Shown here one piece after another: positions 17,853 to 27,583 of a stretch of 64,000 bases of DNA (positions are counted from its first letter, which is position 1; each line of letters begins with the position of its first letter). The stretch covers positions 1 to 64,000 of the forward strand of contig CAWJGT010000025.1 in NCBI GenBank assembly GCA_963842525.1, written 5' to 3'. Source of the DNA: an uncultured Holophagales bacterium. GTDB taxonomy: Bacteria; Acidobacteriota; Thermoanaerobaculia; Multivoradales; UBA5704. The translations under genes were made by a program, and so were the position numbers. The notes below the pieces were generated by a model. The model did no database searches. It was not told where the DNA came from and saw only the letters and a program-made list of their open reading frames with translations.

Positions 17853-19610
17853 CTACGGCCGGCCCGTCTCCGGCGCGCGTTCGAGAGATTCGTAGGACGG
17901 AAAAAACGTCACCGGATGGGTGGCGACGAAGGCCTTGTCGAAGGCATCGGTGAGGACGCGGCCGTCCAGGTCGCGGGCGACGGGAAAGCCGAGGGCATAG
18001 AGGAGCGTGGGGGCGAGGTCCACCAGCCGGGCGCCGGTCAGGAGGGCCCCGGGCCGGATCCCGGCACCATAGAGGATCAAGACGCCGTCCGGCGCACCCT
18101 CGATCGTCCCTCCCAGCGCGGCGCGGCGGGACACGTCGCCCCGCAGCCAGCTCCGGCCGCGGCCCTGCGCGCCATAGGCCGAGACCACGGCCAGGACGCG
18201 GGGTCCCTCCTGCTGCCGCCAGAGCTCTCCCAGGAAGCGGTCGGCCAGCTCGTAGTAGGCGGCGACCCGGTCCGCCGCCTGTTGCGTCTCCGGGTCGCGT
18301 CCGCCCTCGAACTGGGCCCGCTCGAACCCCCCGAAGCCGAGGCGCGACGCTTCCCGCAGGCCGGGGAGCATCACGAAAAGCACCTCGGTGTCGGGATGCT
18401 GCTCGAGGAGGGCGAGCGCCAGGGCCTGGCGCCAGGAGTCCTCCGCCTCGGCGGCGAGCAGACGCTCGGGCACCGAGGAGCCGAGCCGGGCGCGCAAGGC
18501 GGGATCGAGCTCCTGCGGGCTCGGCCGGAAGGAGCGCGCCCGCTCGGCGAGGTCCTGCGGCCGGACGCTGCCGGGCTCCGGACGCCCCGAGAAGAAGCGG
18601 TCCGACAGAGAGAACAGCGTGTCCGAAGCCGGTGCGGCCGCGGGCCAGCCCACGACGCCGGCCGGGATGCCGAGCCGCGGGAGGATCTCCCAGAGGGCCA
18701 GCGCCTCACGGGGGTAGATGCGCGGCTCCAGCGGGGCGTTCCCCAGCGTCCCCCAGAAGGCAAACGAGACCCCGGAGGGGATCAGGCGCAGCTCCGAGCC
18801 CGGGGCCAGCCAGCCGCTCGGGTAGATCCGGCCGCCGCTCACCCCGTGCTTGGACGGCCACTTGCCGGTGGCGAGCGTCATCCAGAGGGCGTCGCGGCGC
18901 GGCGGGAGAGATGGATGCGAGGCGGCCGTAGGCTCCGCCTTGGATCGCGGTGCCGAGGAATGGCAGCCGGCCCTGGCCGGCGAGCGGGAGGACGGCGTCG
19001 AGCGTCGCCGTCTCGACCCCGACCACCAGGAAGTGCGGGCGCTGCCCGGCTCGACCGCCGCGGGCCGGGGGGGGCCGCGGGCCGCGGCCGGAAGGCCTCG
19101 CGCCGCTCCAGCATCGCGTAGACCGACAGCACGGTCACGAGGGCGAGGCCGTAGCGGCTGCGCCAGCCGTAGCGCCGGCGTTGCAAGGTATGCAGCAGGG
19201 CGGTGTAGAAGGTGATCAGCGCGCCGAGCGACGAGCCAGAGGGCGGTGCGGATCAGCCGGTCGTTGATCCCGGAGCGGGAGGAAATAGGCATAGTAGGGA
19301 CGCATGAGTGCCGTCGAGGACCGCGGCGAGCGGCGAGGGCCAGGGTGAGGGCCCACGGGAGCCACCGTCGGGCGCGCCGCGGGCGTCCCCAGATGAAGGG
19401 GAGATGGAGGAACAGGCTCGCGAGGCCGAGGAGGCCGCCGTAGACGGCGATGCCGCGCAGCACCGGCAGGGGCTGGAAGGGCAGCTTCGGGTTGAGGAAG
19501 AAGATCAGGCCAGCGACATGGATCCCGAGCAGGACACCCGGGGCGAGGCCCGCCGCGGCCACGTCGAGCGCGCCGGGCCGGCGCCGCCCCGGTCTCTGCT
19601 CCTCAGACAA
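17853..19610 (-). CDS. Membrane alkaline-phosphatase/nucleotide-pyrophosphatase superfamily protein (internal frameshifts)
   Basis: N-terminal TM helices, WMTLATGKWPSKHGV, VDLAPTLLYALG..DLDGRVL; VVGVETATLD segment in another frame. Confidence 0.75.
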   Translation of the reverse strand: MSEEQRPGRRRPGALDVAAAGLAPGVLLGIHVAGLIFFLNPKLPFQPLPVLRGIAVYGGLLGLASLFLHLPFIWGRPRRARRWLPWALTLALAARRGPRRHSCVPTMPISSRSGINDRLIRTALWLVARRADHLLHRPAAYLATPALRLAQPLRPRPRDRAVGLRDAGAARGLPAAARGPPRPAAVEPGSARTSWWSGSRRRRSTPSSRSPARAGCHSSAPRSKAEPTAASHPSLPPRRDALWMTLATGKWPSKHGVSGGRIYPSGWLAPGSELRLIPSGVSFAFWGTLGNAPLEPRIYPREALALWEILPRLGIPAGVVGWPAAAPASDTLFSLSDRFFSGRPEPGSVRPQDLAERARSFRPSPQELDPALRARLGSSVPERLLAAEAEDSWRQALALALLEQHPDTEVLFVMLPGLREASRLGFGGFERAQFEGGRDPETQQAADRVAAYYELADRFLGELWRQQEGPRVLAVVSAYGAQGRGRSWLRGDVSRRAALGGTIEGAPDGVLILYGAGIRPGALLTGARLVDLAPTLLYALGFPVARDLDGRVLTDAFDKAFVATHPVTFFPSYESLERAPETGRP

Positions 19611-19974
19611 TGAAGATCGGTCGGTCCAATTCGTGGCGGAAATGCCAGTTGTACGTATAGCCCGGGAAGTCCACCGGCACCGTGTAGTCCACGATCATGC
19701 GCACCCGGTCTCGCGAGAGAGTGATCGTGATCCCCTCCTTGGTCACCGGCAGGTTGAGCTCGGCGGCCCGGGTCAGGATCCTCGCCTGCAGATCCTCGGC
19801 GGACTCACGGGCGGCGTTGAACCGGGCCAGCTCGTCGAGATAGTCCGCGAGCTCCGAGCTGTTGATCTTCACCGGGAGCGCCTTCCAGGCGATCAGGACG
19901 GCGATGCCCAGCACCAGCACCCAGAGAATACACCCCAGATTTCCCTCGCCGCGTTCGGCGGTTCTCCGTCGCAT
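19603..19974 (-). CDS. Small pilin-like or DUF4845-like membrane protein
   Basis: Basic N-terminus, ERGEG, TM helix, DYTVPVDF; downstream of lepB. Confidence 0.6.
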   Translation of the reverse strand: MRRRTAERGEGNLGCILWVLVLGIAVLIAWKALPVKINSSELADYLDELARFNAARESAEDLQARILTRAAELNLPVTKEGITITLSRDRVRMIVDYTVPVDFPGYTYNWHFRHELDRPIFIV

Positions 19975-20036
19975 CGTGACTCCCTCCTTGTCAGTGGGGC
20001 CTAGTGTAGCGCCCTGGCGCAGTGCCTGGAAGGGTG

Positions 20037-20738
20037 CTACCGCACCACTCGGAAGGTCCGCTCCCAGCGGGTGCGGGTGAAGAAGTGGGCGGCCACGGAG
20101 CCGAGCTGGCGGACTTTGCCGGCGATCCCGGGCCACTCGATGGGCTCCCCCTCGCTCTCGAACGACCAGTAGATCATGAACGCCCGTCCCTTGACGTTGG
20201 GGCGGGGCACAGGGCCCCAGAACCGCGAGTCGTTCGAATTGTCGCGGTTGTCCCCCATGCAGAAGTATTGGCCCGCGGGGACGACGAGCGGACCGAAGGT
20301 ATCGCGCTTCCGGTTGGGCTGGTAGTAGTCGCGCCGCGACACGATCTCGGGGTCGGAGTGGTAGGTGAAGGCGTCGTCGTGCACCTGCCGGCCGTTGATG
20401 GAGAGCACCTTGTCCCGGCTCTGGATCGTGTCGCCCGGCAGGGCCATGCAGCGCTTGATGAAGTCGCGGGACGGATCGTCCGGGTACTTGAACACCACGA
20501 TGTCGCCCCGGCGTACCGCGCGCACCGGCAGGAGCTTCCGTTCGAGCGCCGTCGCGGTGGGCCCATAGATGAACTTGTTGACCAGGATGTGGTCGCCGAT
20601 GAGCAGGTTCTTCTCCATGGAGCCGGAGGGGATCTTGAAGGCCTGGACCACATAGGTCCGCGCGAACGTCGCGAAGATGATCGCGATCAGGAGGGCCTCC
20701 AGGTATTCCCGGGCCAGAGACTTTTCGGATTCCATCAA
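20037..20738 (-). CDS. lepB: Signal peptidase I (copy 2)
   Basis: IPSGSME, GDHILVNKF, FIKR, GDNRDNSNDSRFWG. Confidence 0.95.
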   Translation of the reverse strand: MMESEKSLAREYLEALLIAIIFATFARTYVVQAFKIPSGSMEKNLLIGDHILVNKFIYGPTATALERKLLPVRAVRRGDIVVFKYPDDPSRDFIKRCMALPGDTIQSRDKVLSINGRQVHDDAFTYHSDPEIVSRRDYYQPNRKRDTFGPLVVPAGQYFCMGDNRDNSNDSRFWGPVPRPNVKGRAFMIYWSFESEGEPIEWPGIAGKVRQLGSVAAHFFTRTRWERTFRVVR

Positions 20739-20745
20739 AGCGTCG

Positions 20746-21438
20746 CTAGCGGATCAGCCGGAAGGTGCGCTCCCAGCGGGTGTTGGAGAAGAAACCCGCC
20801 GCCGTGCGGGCGAGGCCGCGCAGCGTATCGCCGAGGCCGCGGTACTCGCCGTCGGACGTCTCCCCGCCGTTTGACCAATAGATGAAGAGCGCCCGGCCCT
20901 TGACCAGGTGCCGGGGGAGCATCCCCCAGAAGCGCGAATCGTACGAGTAGTCCCGGTTGTCTCCCATGCAGAAGTAGTGATCGGGGGGCACCACCTCGGG
21001 CCCGAAGTTGTCGCGCCGCCGTCCCTGGTCCGAGAAGGAGAGCTCCGAGTAGGTGACCGGGTCGCGGTGGATGGCGTAGCTCGCGTCGTCCACCCGCTTG
21101 CCGTTGATCAAGAGCTGCTTGCCGCGCACGTCAATCGTATCGCCCGGCAGCCCGACACAGCGCTTCACCACGTCGATGTTCGCGTTCTCCGGCGAACGGA
21201 AGACCACGATGTCCCCCCGCCGCACATCGCGCAGGGGGAACAGCCGCCGCTCGATCCCGCTCTTCGCCGGCCCATAGATGAAGCGGTTGACGAACAGGTG
21301 GTCGCCGACCAGGAGAGTGTCTTCCATGGAGCCGCTCGGGATGTAGAAGGTCTGGAGGACGAAGATCTGGGTGAAGCGGAGGAAGATCACCGCGATTATG
21401 AGGGCTTCGGCGTACTCTCGGAAGATCGACCTCTCCAT
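20746..21438 (-). CDS. lepB: Signal peptidase I (copy 1)
   Basis: IPSGSME, VVKR, GDNRDYSYDSRFWG. Confidence 0.95.
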   Translation of the reverse strand: MERSIFREYAEALIIAVIFLRFTQIFVLQTFYIPSGSMEDTLLVGDHLFVNRFIYGPAKSGIERRLFPLRDVRRGDIVVFRSPENANIDVVKRCVGLPGDTIDVRGKQLLINGKRVDDASYAIHRDPVTYSELSFSDQGRRRDNFGPEVVPPDHYFCMGDNRDYSYDSRFWGMLPRHLVKGRALFIYWSNGGETSDGEYRGLGDTLRGLARTAAGFFSNTRWERTFRLIR

Positions 21439-21815
21439 GGCGGGCCTAATCTACTTGAAAGTTCGCCCCCCGCAAAAGATTGTGCACCCTGACCTGATTT
21501 TTTGACACGGCCCGAAATGGGCCTCCCACCGGGGTTTTCTCGCTGTTTTGGCCGTACCCCCCGCCTGATCACTGGACACGACCGCCTCGGGCCCCAACCG
21601 GGCCATCGAGAACAACTCACTTCTTTTCAGTGGCTTAAGCCATTTCGTCTCACCTGGCAGGGGACTTGATCTCTCCGGCTCGCCGTCAACCCCGGAGAGG
21701 AGGTGCCGAGGCCGACGGAACCAACCGCCCATCGCAAGGCAAGGGGAGCCCGGGGCCCCGAGGGCCCCGGTGCCAAGGACCTCAGCACCAACCCGGACCA
21801 CAAAAGGAGACGAAC

Positions 21816-22205
21816 ATGAGAAGAGTCCACTGCATCCCCGGCGCCCTCGCGCTCGCCACGATCCTGCTGACCACCCTCCCGGCCCGGGCGGCCGAGGCGC
21901 GGCGGGTGGTCAACGTCAACTCGGCCGACGCCGCGCAGCTCGCGCTGCTGCCGCGGATCGGTCCCAGCGTCGCCCAACGCGTCATCGACTTCCGCAAGGA
22001 GAACGGCCCCTTCAAGTCCCCCGAGGACCTGATGCTGGTGCCCGGAATCGGCGAGAAGACCTTCCAGCTCCTCAAGCCGTACGTCGCCGTCTCCGGGGAG
22101 ACCACCCTCAAGGAGAAGGTGAAGGCCGGCCGGAGCGCCGCCAAGGAGAAAGACAAGGCCAAAGACAAGGAGAAGGACAAAGGCGACGGGGAGGGCTCGC
22201 TCTAG
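21816..22205 (+). CDS. comEA: ComEA-family helix-hairpin-helix DNA-binding protein
   Basis: Signal peptide, VNVNSA, LPRIGPSVAQRV, VPGIGEKT; AAGGAG RBS. Confidence 0.85.
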   Translation: MRRVHCIPGALALATILLTTLPARAAEARRVVNVNSADAAQLALLPRIGPSVAQRVIDFRKENGPFKSPEDLMLVPGIGEKTFQLLKPYVAVSGETTLKEKVKAGRSAAKEKDKAKDKEKDKGDGEGSL

Positions 22206-22266
22206 GGACGGGTCGGAGGCGGAGCGGCTCCATCCGCTCCGCCTCCGCGTTCCCGGGAGGACGGAT

Positions 22267-22854
22267 ATGCGAAGCGAGCGAGGCTTCACCCTGATCGAGC
22301 TTGTCCTGATCCTGGCCCTGTCCTGCGTGCTTGTCGGCCTGGCGGCGCCTCCCCTGCTGCAGGCCGGCGGGGACCTCCGACTGCGCCTCTCGGCCGCCGA
22401 GCTGGTCTCTGCCCTGCGCAGCGCGCGTTGGCAGGCGATCCGGAACGGCGCCAACGTCGCCGTTCGCTTCTGGCCGGCAGCGGACGGGACTGCCACCTAC
22501 GCGATTTATCGAGACCGGGACGGCGACGGCGTCCTCAACAAGGACATCGCGGCTGGCATCGACACCATGGTCACGCCGCCCCGGCGCGTGGAGCAGACGG
22601 GAAACCAGATGCGGTTCGGGTTCCCGCCGGGCCGCCGCATACGCGACACATCCGGGCATCTCATGGACCGCCTGGACGATCCCATCCGCTTCAACGACTC
22701 GGACCTGGCCTCCTTCAGCCCCCTGGGGACCGCAACCCCCGGCACGGCCTACCTGACCGACGGCCAGAACCGGCTCGTCGCCGTCCGTGTCAACAACCGC
22801 GCCGGCAAGGTCCTGGTCCTCGTCTACGACGTCAAGACGGAGGTCTGGCGTTGA
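22267..22854 (+). CDS. GspH/FimT-like pseudopilin
   Basis: Prepilin motif RGFTLIEL plus hydrophobic helix. Confidence 0.85.
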   Translation: MRSERGFTLIELVLILALSCVLVGLAAPPLLQAGGDLRLRLSAAELVSALRSARWQAIRNGANVAVRFWPAADGTATYAIYRDRDGDGVLNKDIAAGIDTMVTPPRRVEQTGNQMRFGFPPGRRIRDTSGHLMDRLDDPIRFNDSDLASFSPLGTATPGTAYLTDGQNRLVAVRVNNRAGKVLVLVYDVKTEVWR

Positions 22855-22887
22855 CTCGCTGCGAAGCGGTGCGGTAATTTGGCGCCG

Positions 22888-23283
22888 ATGCGTGCAATCG
22901 TTGTCGTCACGACCGTGGGAACCGAAGAGCAGGCGAACCTGATTGCGCGCGAGATCGTCGCCCGCCGGCAGGCCGCCTGCGTCAACATCCTTCCCGGAGT
23001 CCGTTCGATCTATCGCTGGCAGGGGAAGATCTGCAAGGACGGCGAGCTCGTGCTTCTCATCAAGACCCTGGACCGCGAGTTCGAGGGGGTGATGGCCACG
23101 ATCCGCGAGCTCCACAGCTATGAGCTGCCGGAGATCCTCGCCTTCGACGTAACCCGCGGCGAGAAGGGCTTCCTCGAATGGATCGCGACCAGCGTCGACA
23201 AGGACGCCGAGCTCGCCGATGGGGACGAGGAGGACGACGAGGATGAGCTCGCCTACGCGGCCGACGAGGAGGGGGACTACTAG
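22888..23283 (+). CDS. cutA: Divalent-cation tolerance protein CutA with acidic tail
   Basis: AACVNI, SIYRWQG, HSYELPEI. Confidence 0.92.
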   Translation: MRAIVVVTTVGTEEQANLIAREIVARRQAACVNILPGVRSIYRWQGKICKDGELVLLIKTLDREFEGVMATIRELHSYELPEILAFDVTRGEKGFLEWIATSVDKDAELADGDEEDDEDELAYAADEEGDY

Positions 23284-23316
23284 GGAGGCCGGCAGTCCCT
23301 CCTCCCTGGTAATTCT

Positions 23317-24480
23317 CTACGGCACCGCGGCGAGAGCCTGCTCCAGGTCGGCGAGGAGATCGTCGACATCCTCGATCCCTGCCGAGATGCGCACCAGTCC
23401 GTCGGTCAGGCCGAGGGCGGCGCGCTTCTCGGCCGGTACGGAGGCATGGGTCATCGACGCGGGGTGCGAGATCAGGGTCTCGACGCCGCCGAGGCTCTCG
23501 GCGAAGCTCATCACCTGGACGCGGTCGAGCATCGCCTTCGCGTTCTCGAAGCTCCCCATCTCGAACGAGATCATCGCCCCGAAGCCGGAGGCCTGGCGCT
23601 TCTGCACCTCGTGCCCCGGGTGGTCCGGCAGCCCCGGATAGAGGACCTTCCGCACCTTGGGGTGGCCCACCAGGAAATCGACCAGCGCCCGCGCGTTCTT
23701 TTCGTGCCGATCCATGCGCACCGGCAGCGTCTTGATCCCCCGCAGCACCAGGAAGGAGTCGAACGGCGACAGGATCGCCCCCTGGGACTTCTGCACGAAG
23801 GCGAACCACTGCGAGTGCTCCTCGTGCGCCGCGACCAGCACTCCGCCGATCGAGTCGCTGTGGCCGTTCAGGAACTTGGTCGTCGAATGGACCACCAAGT
23901 CGGCGCCCAGCTCCAGCGGACGTTGCAGGTAGGGCGAAAGGAAGGTGTTGTCGACGGCCACCAGCGCCCCGCGGGAGTGCGCCAGCTCGGCGACGGCGGC
24001 GATGTCGCAGATGTCCATCATCGGATTCGTCGGCGTCTCGAGATAGACCATCTTCGTGCGCGGCGTCATCGCCGCCTCGATCGCCGCGAGGTCGGTGGTG
24101 TCCACCCAGGAGGAGGAGACGCCGTAGGGCTCCAGCAGGTGGGTGAAGTAGCGGTAGGTGCCGCCATAGACGTTCTGGGAAGCCACGCAGTGGTCGCCGG
24201 GCTTGAGCAGGGTCCACAGGCAGGCGATCGCCGACATGCCGGAGGCGAAGGCGTGGCCGGAGACGCCGCCCTCCAGCGAGGCCATGTTGGCCTCCAGCGC
24301 CTGACGGGTGGGGTTCTGGACGCGGGCGTATTCGTACTCCGCGGGCTCGCCGAGCCCCTTCTGCACGTAGGTCGAGGTCTGGTAGATGGGAACAGCCACG
24401 GCGCCCGTCCGCGGATCGGGAGGCTGGCCGGCGTGGATCGCGCGGGTGGCAAAGCCAAGCTTGGAAGGATCACCTTTCAC
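23317..24480 (-). CDS. Cystathionine gamma-synthase/gamma-lyase family PLP enzyme
   Basis: PIYQTSTY, ETPTNP, HSTTKFLNGHSD, AESLGGVE. Confidence 0.92.
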   Translation of the reverse strand: MKGDPSKLGFATRAIHAGQPPDPRTGAVAVPIYQTSTYVQKGLGEPAEYEYARVQNPTRQALEANMASLEGGVSGHAFASGMSAIACLWTLLKPGDHCVASQNVYGGTYRYFTHLLEPYGVSSSWVDTTDLAAIEAAMTPRTKMVYLETPTNPMMDICDIAAVAELAHSRGALVAVDNTFLSPYLQRPLELGADLVVHSTTKFLNGHSDSIGGVLVAAHEEHSQWFAFVQKSQGAILSPFDSFLVLRGIKTLPVRMDRHEKNARALVDFLVGHPKVRKVLYPGLPDHPGHEVQKRQASGFGAMISFEMGSFENAKAMLDRVQVMSFAESLGGVETLISHPASMTHASVPAEKRAALGLTDGLVRISAGIEDVDDLLADLEQALAAVP

Positions 24481-24551
24481 GGAAAGCCCTCTTCGGGAAG
24501 ATCCGGCCCGGAGCGGGCCGGCCTGGCGGGATTCTATAAGATAGCCCTCCC

Positions 24552-25622
24552 ATGACCGGACCCATCGAGACCGCGACCGAGCCCTTCTCCCCCATGCGCT
24601 GGGAAGGGGATCATCTGAAGCTCCTCGACCAGACCCGTCTCCCCGAGGCCGAGGCCTGGCTCGATTGCCACGCGCCGGAGCAGGTGGCGGACGCGATCCG
24701 CCGCCTCGCCGTCCGCGGCGCGCCGGCGATCGGAGTGGCCGCCGCCTACGGGCTGGTGCTCGGGATGGGTCCCGAGACCAATCCCGGGCAGCTCGCCGCC
24801 CGTTTCGACGAGGTCTCCGAGCTGCTCGGCCAGACGCGGCCGACCGCGGTAAACCTGCGGTGGGCGCTGAACCGCGGGCGGGAGGTGTTCGAGCGGAGCG
24901 CGGCCGGGGGGCCGGAGGAGGTCTCCCGCGCCCTTCTCGCCTGGGCCCGCGAGCTTCATGCCGAGGACGTGCGGATCAACCGCCGGATCGGCGAGCACGG
25001 CGCGGCCCTGTTCGGCCAGGGCGCGCGGGTGCTCACCCACTGCAACACCGGCTCGCTGGCCACGGCAGGCTATGGCACGGCACTGGGAGTCATCCAGTCC
25101 GCCTGGGGACAGGGGAGGGTGGGGATGGTCTGGGTGGACGAGACGCGGCCTCTTCTTCAGGGTGCCCGTCTGACCGCTTGGGAGCTCAAGCGTCTGGACA
25201 TCCCCTTCCGGCTGGTCACCGATTCGAGCGCCGGCACCCTGATGGCGCAGGGCCTGGTGGACCGGATCGTGGTCGGGGCCGACCGGATCGCCGCCAACGG
25301 CGACACGGCGAACAAGATCGGCACCTACACCGTCGCGGTGCTGGCGCACCGGCACGGCGTGCCCTTCTACGTGGCGGCGCCGCTCTCGACGATCGACCGC
25401 GCCACGCCGGACGGCGCCGCGATCCCGATCGAGGAGCGGCAGCCCGACGAGGTCACCGAGGTCTTCGGCCGCCGGATCGCGCCAGACGACACGCAGGCGC
25501 TCAATTTTGCCTTCGACGTCACGCCGAGCGAGCTGATCACCGCCATCATCACCGAGGCCGGAGTCCTGGAGCCGCCGTATACGGAGAGCATCGCAGCGGC
25601 GTTTGCGCAGGCGAGAGCCTGA
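24552..25622 (+). CDS. mtnA: Methylthioribose-1-phosphate isomerase
   Basis: VRGAPAIG, TRPTAVNL, THCNTGSLAT, ETRPLLQGARLT, NKIGT. Confidence 0.96.
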   Translation: MTGPIETATEPFSPMRWEGDHLKLLDQTRLPEAEAWLDCHAPEQVADAIRRLAVRGAPAIGVAAAYGLVLGMGPETNPGQLAARFDEVSELLGQTRPTAVNLRWALNRGREVFERSAAGGPEEVSRALLAWARELHAEDVRINRRIGEHGAALFGQGARVLTHCNTGSLATAGYGTALGVIQSAWGQGRVGMVWVDETRPLLQGARLTAWELKRLDIPFRLVTDSSAGTLMAQGLVDRIVVGADRIAANGDTANKIGTYTVAVLAHRHGVPFYVAAPLSTIDRATPDGAAIPIEERQPDEVTEVFGRRIAPDDTQALNFAFDVTPSELITAIITEAGVLEPPYTESIAAAFAQARA

Positions 25623-25629
25623 ACCGAGC

Positions 25630-25983
25630 TCACACCCCGTTGTCTTCTGCCAGAGCAGATTCCAACCCCCGGACAAGGGCGGGCAGATCGTCTTGGACCG
25701 TCGCCCAGAGGATGTCCAAGTTGACGTCGAAGTAGGCATGGATCAACCGGTTTCGCATGCCGACCAGGTCGGGCCAAGGAATTCCGCCGAGCTCGGCGCG
25801 AGTGCTGGGGCTCACCTTATTAGCTGCCTCCCCAATCAAGGAGACCAGGCGGACCAAAGCGTCTGGGAGCGGGTCGTCCTCGGCTTCGAGGTCTTCGCGA
25901 TGACGCCCTGCGGATAAGCGCATCGCCTTCCTTGCGGCGTCGAGCATGTGCTGCAGGCGGATCCTGTCATCGTTGGGAAGCAT
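25630..25983 (-). CDS. HepT-like (DUF86/HEPN) RNase toxin
   Basis: IGEAA, IPW..LVGMRNRLIHAY (RX4HXY motif). Confidence 0.9.
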   Translation of the reverse strand: MLPNDDRIRLQHMLDAARKAMRLSAGRHREDLEAEDDPLPDALVRLVSLIGEAANKVSPSTRAELGGIPWPDLVGMRNRLIHAYFDVNLDILWATVQDDLPALVRGLESALAEDNGV

Positions 25984-26992
25984 GCAGCTCCACAGCGTCC
26001 CGCAGGACCTCGCGCCGGAAGTAGCGGCTCAGGTCGCCAGCCGTCCGGAGGTCGACCTTGAATCCGGTCAGCTCGCTCAACTGCCGTTCCATGCGGGCCA
26101 TGTCCAGGAGGGTAACGCGCGTTCCGGGCTCGAACTCCACAAGCAGGTCCAAGTCGCTATCCTCGCGAAAGTCGTCGATCGTGTCTCCGAGAATGGTGCC
26201 GAATGTCTTGAGGTGACGGATGGAATTCTCGCGGCAGAAGCGGTCGATGTCCCGGAGCCGTTTTTTCAGATCCTCTTCGTCGGAAGCGCGGATCACCCCG
26301 AGCTGGAAATACGGCGACTCCCTACAGAGGATTCGCCCGTCATTCTCCACGTCAAGAAGGAGACCTAAGTCTCGGAGGATGGAGACGCGTCCGAAACGAT
26401 GCGCAGGCTTCTCCTGTGCATGCCACTCCTGGAGCCGCTGCTTCAGCAAAGGTGCTCCGCGCTCCAGCGGGAGCAACAGGCCGAGCCCTGTCAGGTCATA
26501 GATGAGGAGATGGTCAAGCTTGAAGCGGCCGCGAACAAGGCCCTCAGCCTTCTGGAGGAACGCGGAGAAGAGAATCTCTGCCCAGAGCTGCGTCGCCTCC
26601 TTCTCGGGAGTGTTGATGTCGCCGGGCAGGACCAGGTCATCCTCGCTCGCGCTCGCCGCAGACAGCCTTTTCTGGTATTCCTCCGTAGAACCGTCGGTCA
26701 GCTCGAAGGTCTCCTTCCGTCCGTCAGGCCACTCGAGCACGAAGTCGGGGGGATCCTCTCCCTTGAGGGTCTTTCTCAGGGTCACCGGGAGAGGCAGGAG
26801 ATCCTCTCCGGCGAGAAAACGCAGGTAACGCAGCATGCAGAAGTGTTCGCGATGATCCGTTGTCCTGCCTTCGTGTCTCGCGGGAACCCGCTGCTCGAGG
26901 CGGTCGAGCTTTTCCAGCAAGTCGTCACGATCCTCGAAGTGGATGGAGTCACCTGGCCGGAGGAGGACTTTGTCGATGTCGTGGGCGGCCAT
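25967..26992 (-). CDS. MntA-type minimal nucleotidyltransferase with a ~240-aa N-terminal extension
   Basis: C-terminal FGTIL...DFREDSDLDLLVEF...KVDLRT..DLSRYFR; overlaps the hepT start. Confidence 0.85.
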   Translation of the reverse strand: MAAHDIDKVLLRPGDSIHFEDRDDLLEKLDRLEQRVPARHEGRTTDHREHFCMLRYLRFLAGEDLLPLPVTLRKTLKGEDPPDFVLEWPDGRKETFELTDGSTEEYQKRLSAASASEDDLVLPGDINTPEKEATQLWAEILFSAFLQKAEGLVRGRFKLDHLLIYDLTGLGLLLPLERGAPLLKQRLQEWHAQEKPAHRFGRVSILRDLGLLLDVENDGRILCRESPYFQLGVIRASDEEDLKKRLRDIDRFCRENSIRHLKTFGTILGDTIDDFREDSDLDLLVEFEPGTRVTLLDMARMERQLSELTGFKVDLRTAGDLSRYFRREVLRDAVELHASQR

Positions 26993-27060
26993 GTCTCTGA
27001 TCATACCCGCATTCGCCGCCGGGTGATCCGGGTACAATACAGATCAACCGAGGGCTCGCG

Positions 27061-27297
27061 ATGAGAGCAACAGTGGCCGACAAGAGCTGCCTGAAACGCA
27101 AGAACCTGATCCTTGACCAGCACAAGATCGATCGCGCCAAGGAGATCTTCGGAGCTGCGACCGAGACGGAAGCCATTCACTGCGCGCTCGACGAAGCTCT
27201 CGAGCTCGCCGGCTTCCGCGAAGAGACGGAGGCTGGGCTCGACGACCTCCTTGGGCGCGGCGGCTTCGTGGACTACTTCCCACCGACAACCGGGTAG
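27061..27297 (+). CDS. VapB-like antitoxin (orphan)
   Basis: RKNLILDQ.KIDRAKEIFGAATETEAI..AL pattern. Confidence 0.6.
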   Translation: MRATVADKSCLKRKNLILDQHKIDRAKEIFGAATETEAIHCALDEALELAGFREETEAGLDDLLGRGGFVDYFPPTTG

Positions 27298-27312
27298 GTC
27301 GTGTTCGCTGCC

Positions 27313-27573
27313 ATGGCTCAACTGCTGGTTCTTCACCTCGAAGACGACGTAATGGTCAAGCTGCAGCAGCGTGCGCGGCTTCACGGTCGCAGCACGGAAG
27401 AAGAAGCTCGCGAGATCCTTGGTAAAGCGGTCCGGGAGGAAGGCGGCGGCCGGACACCGCTGGGCTCGCGGCTCGCAGCACGCTTCGCGCGCGTGGGTCT
27501 CACAGAAGAAATTCCGGAGCTGCGCGGCCAGCCGGCCCCGCGAGCCGGAAGCAGAAAAAAGTCTTTGTTTTAA
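27313..27573 (+). CDS. FitA-like ribbon-helix-helix antitoxin (orphan)
   Basis: MAQLLV..LEDDV..KLQQRARLHGRSTEEEAREIL. Confidence 0.8.
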   Translation: MAQLLVLHLEDDVMVKLQQRARLHGRSTEEEAREILGKAVREEGGGRTPLGSRLAARFARVGLTEEIPELRGQPAPRAGSRKKSLF

Positions 27574-27583
27574 GTGAGATAGA

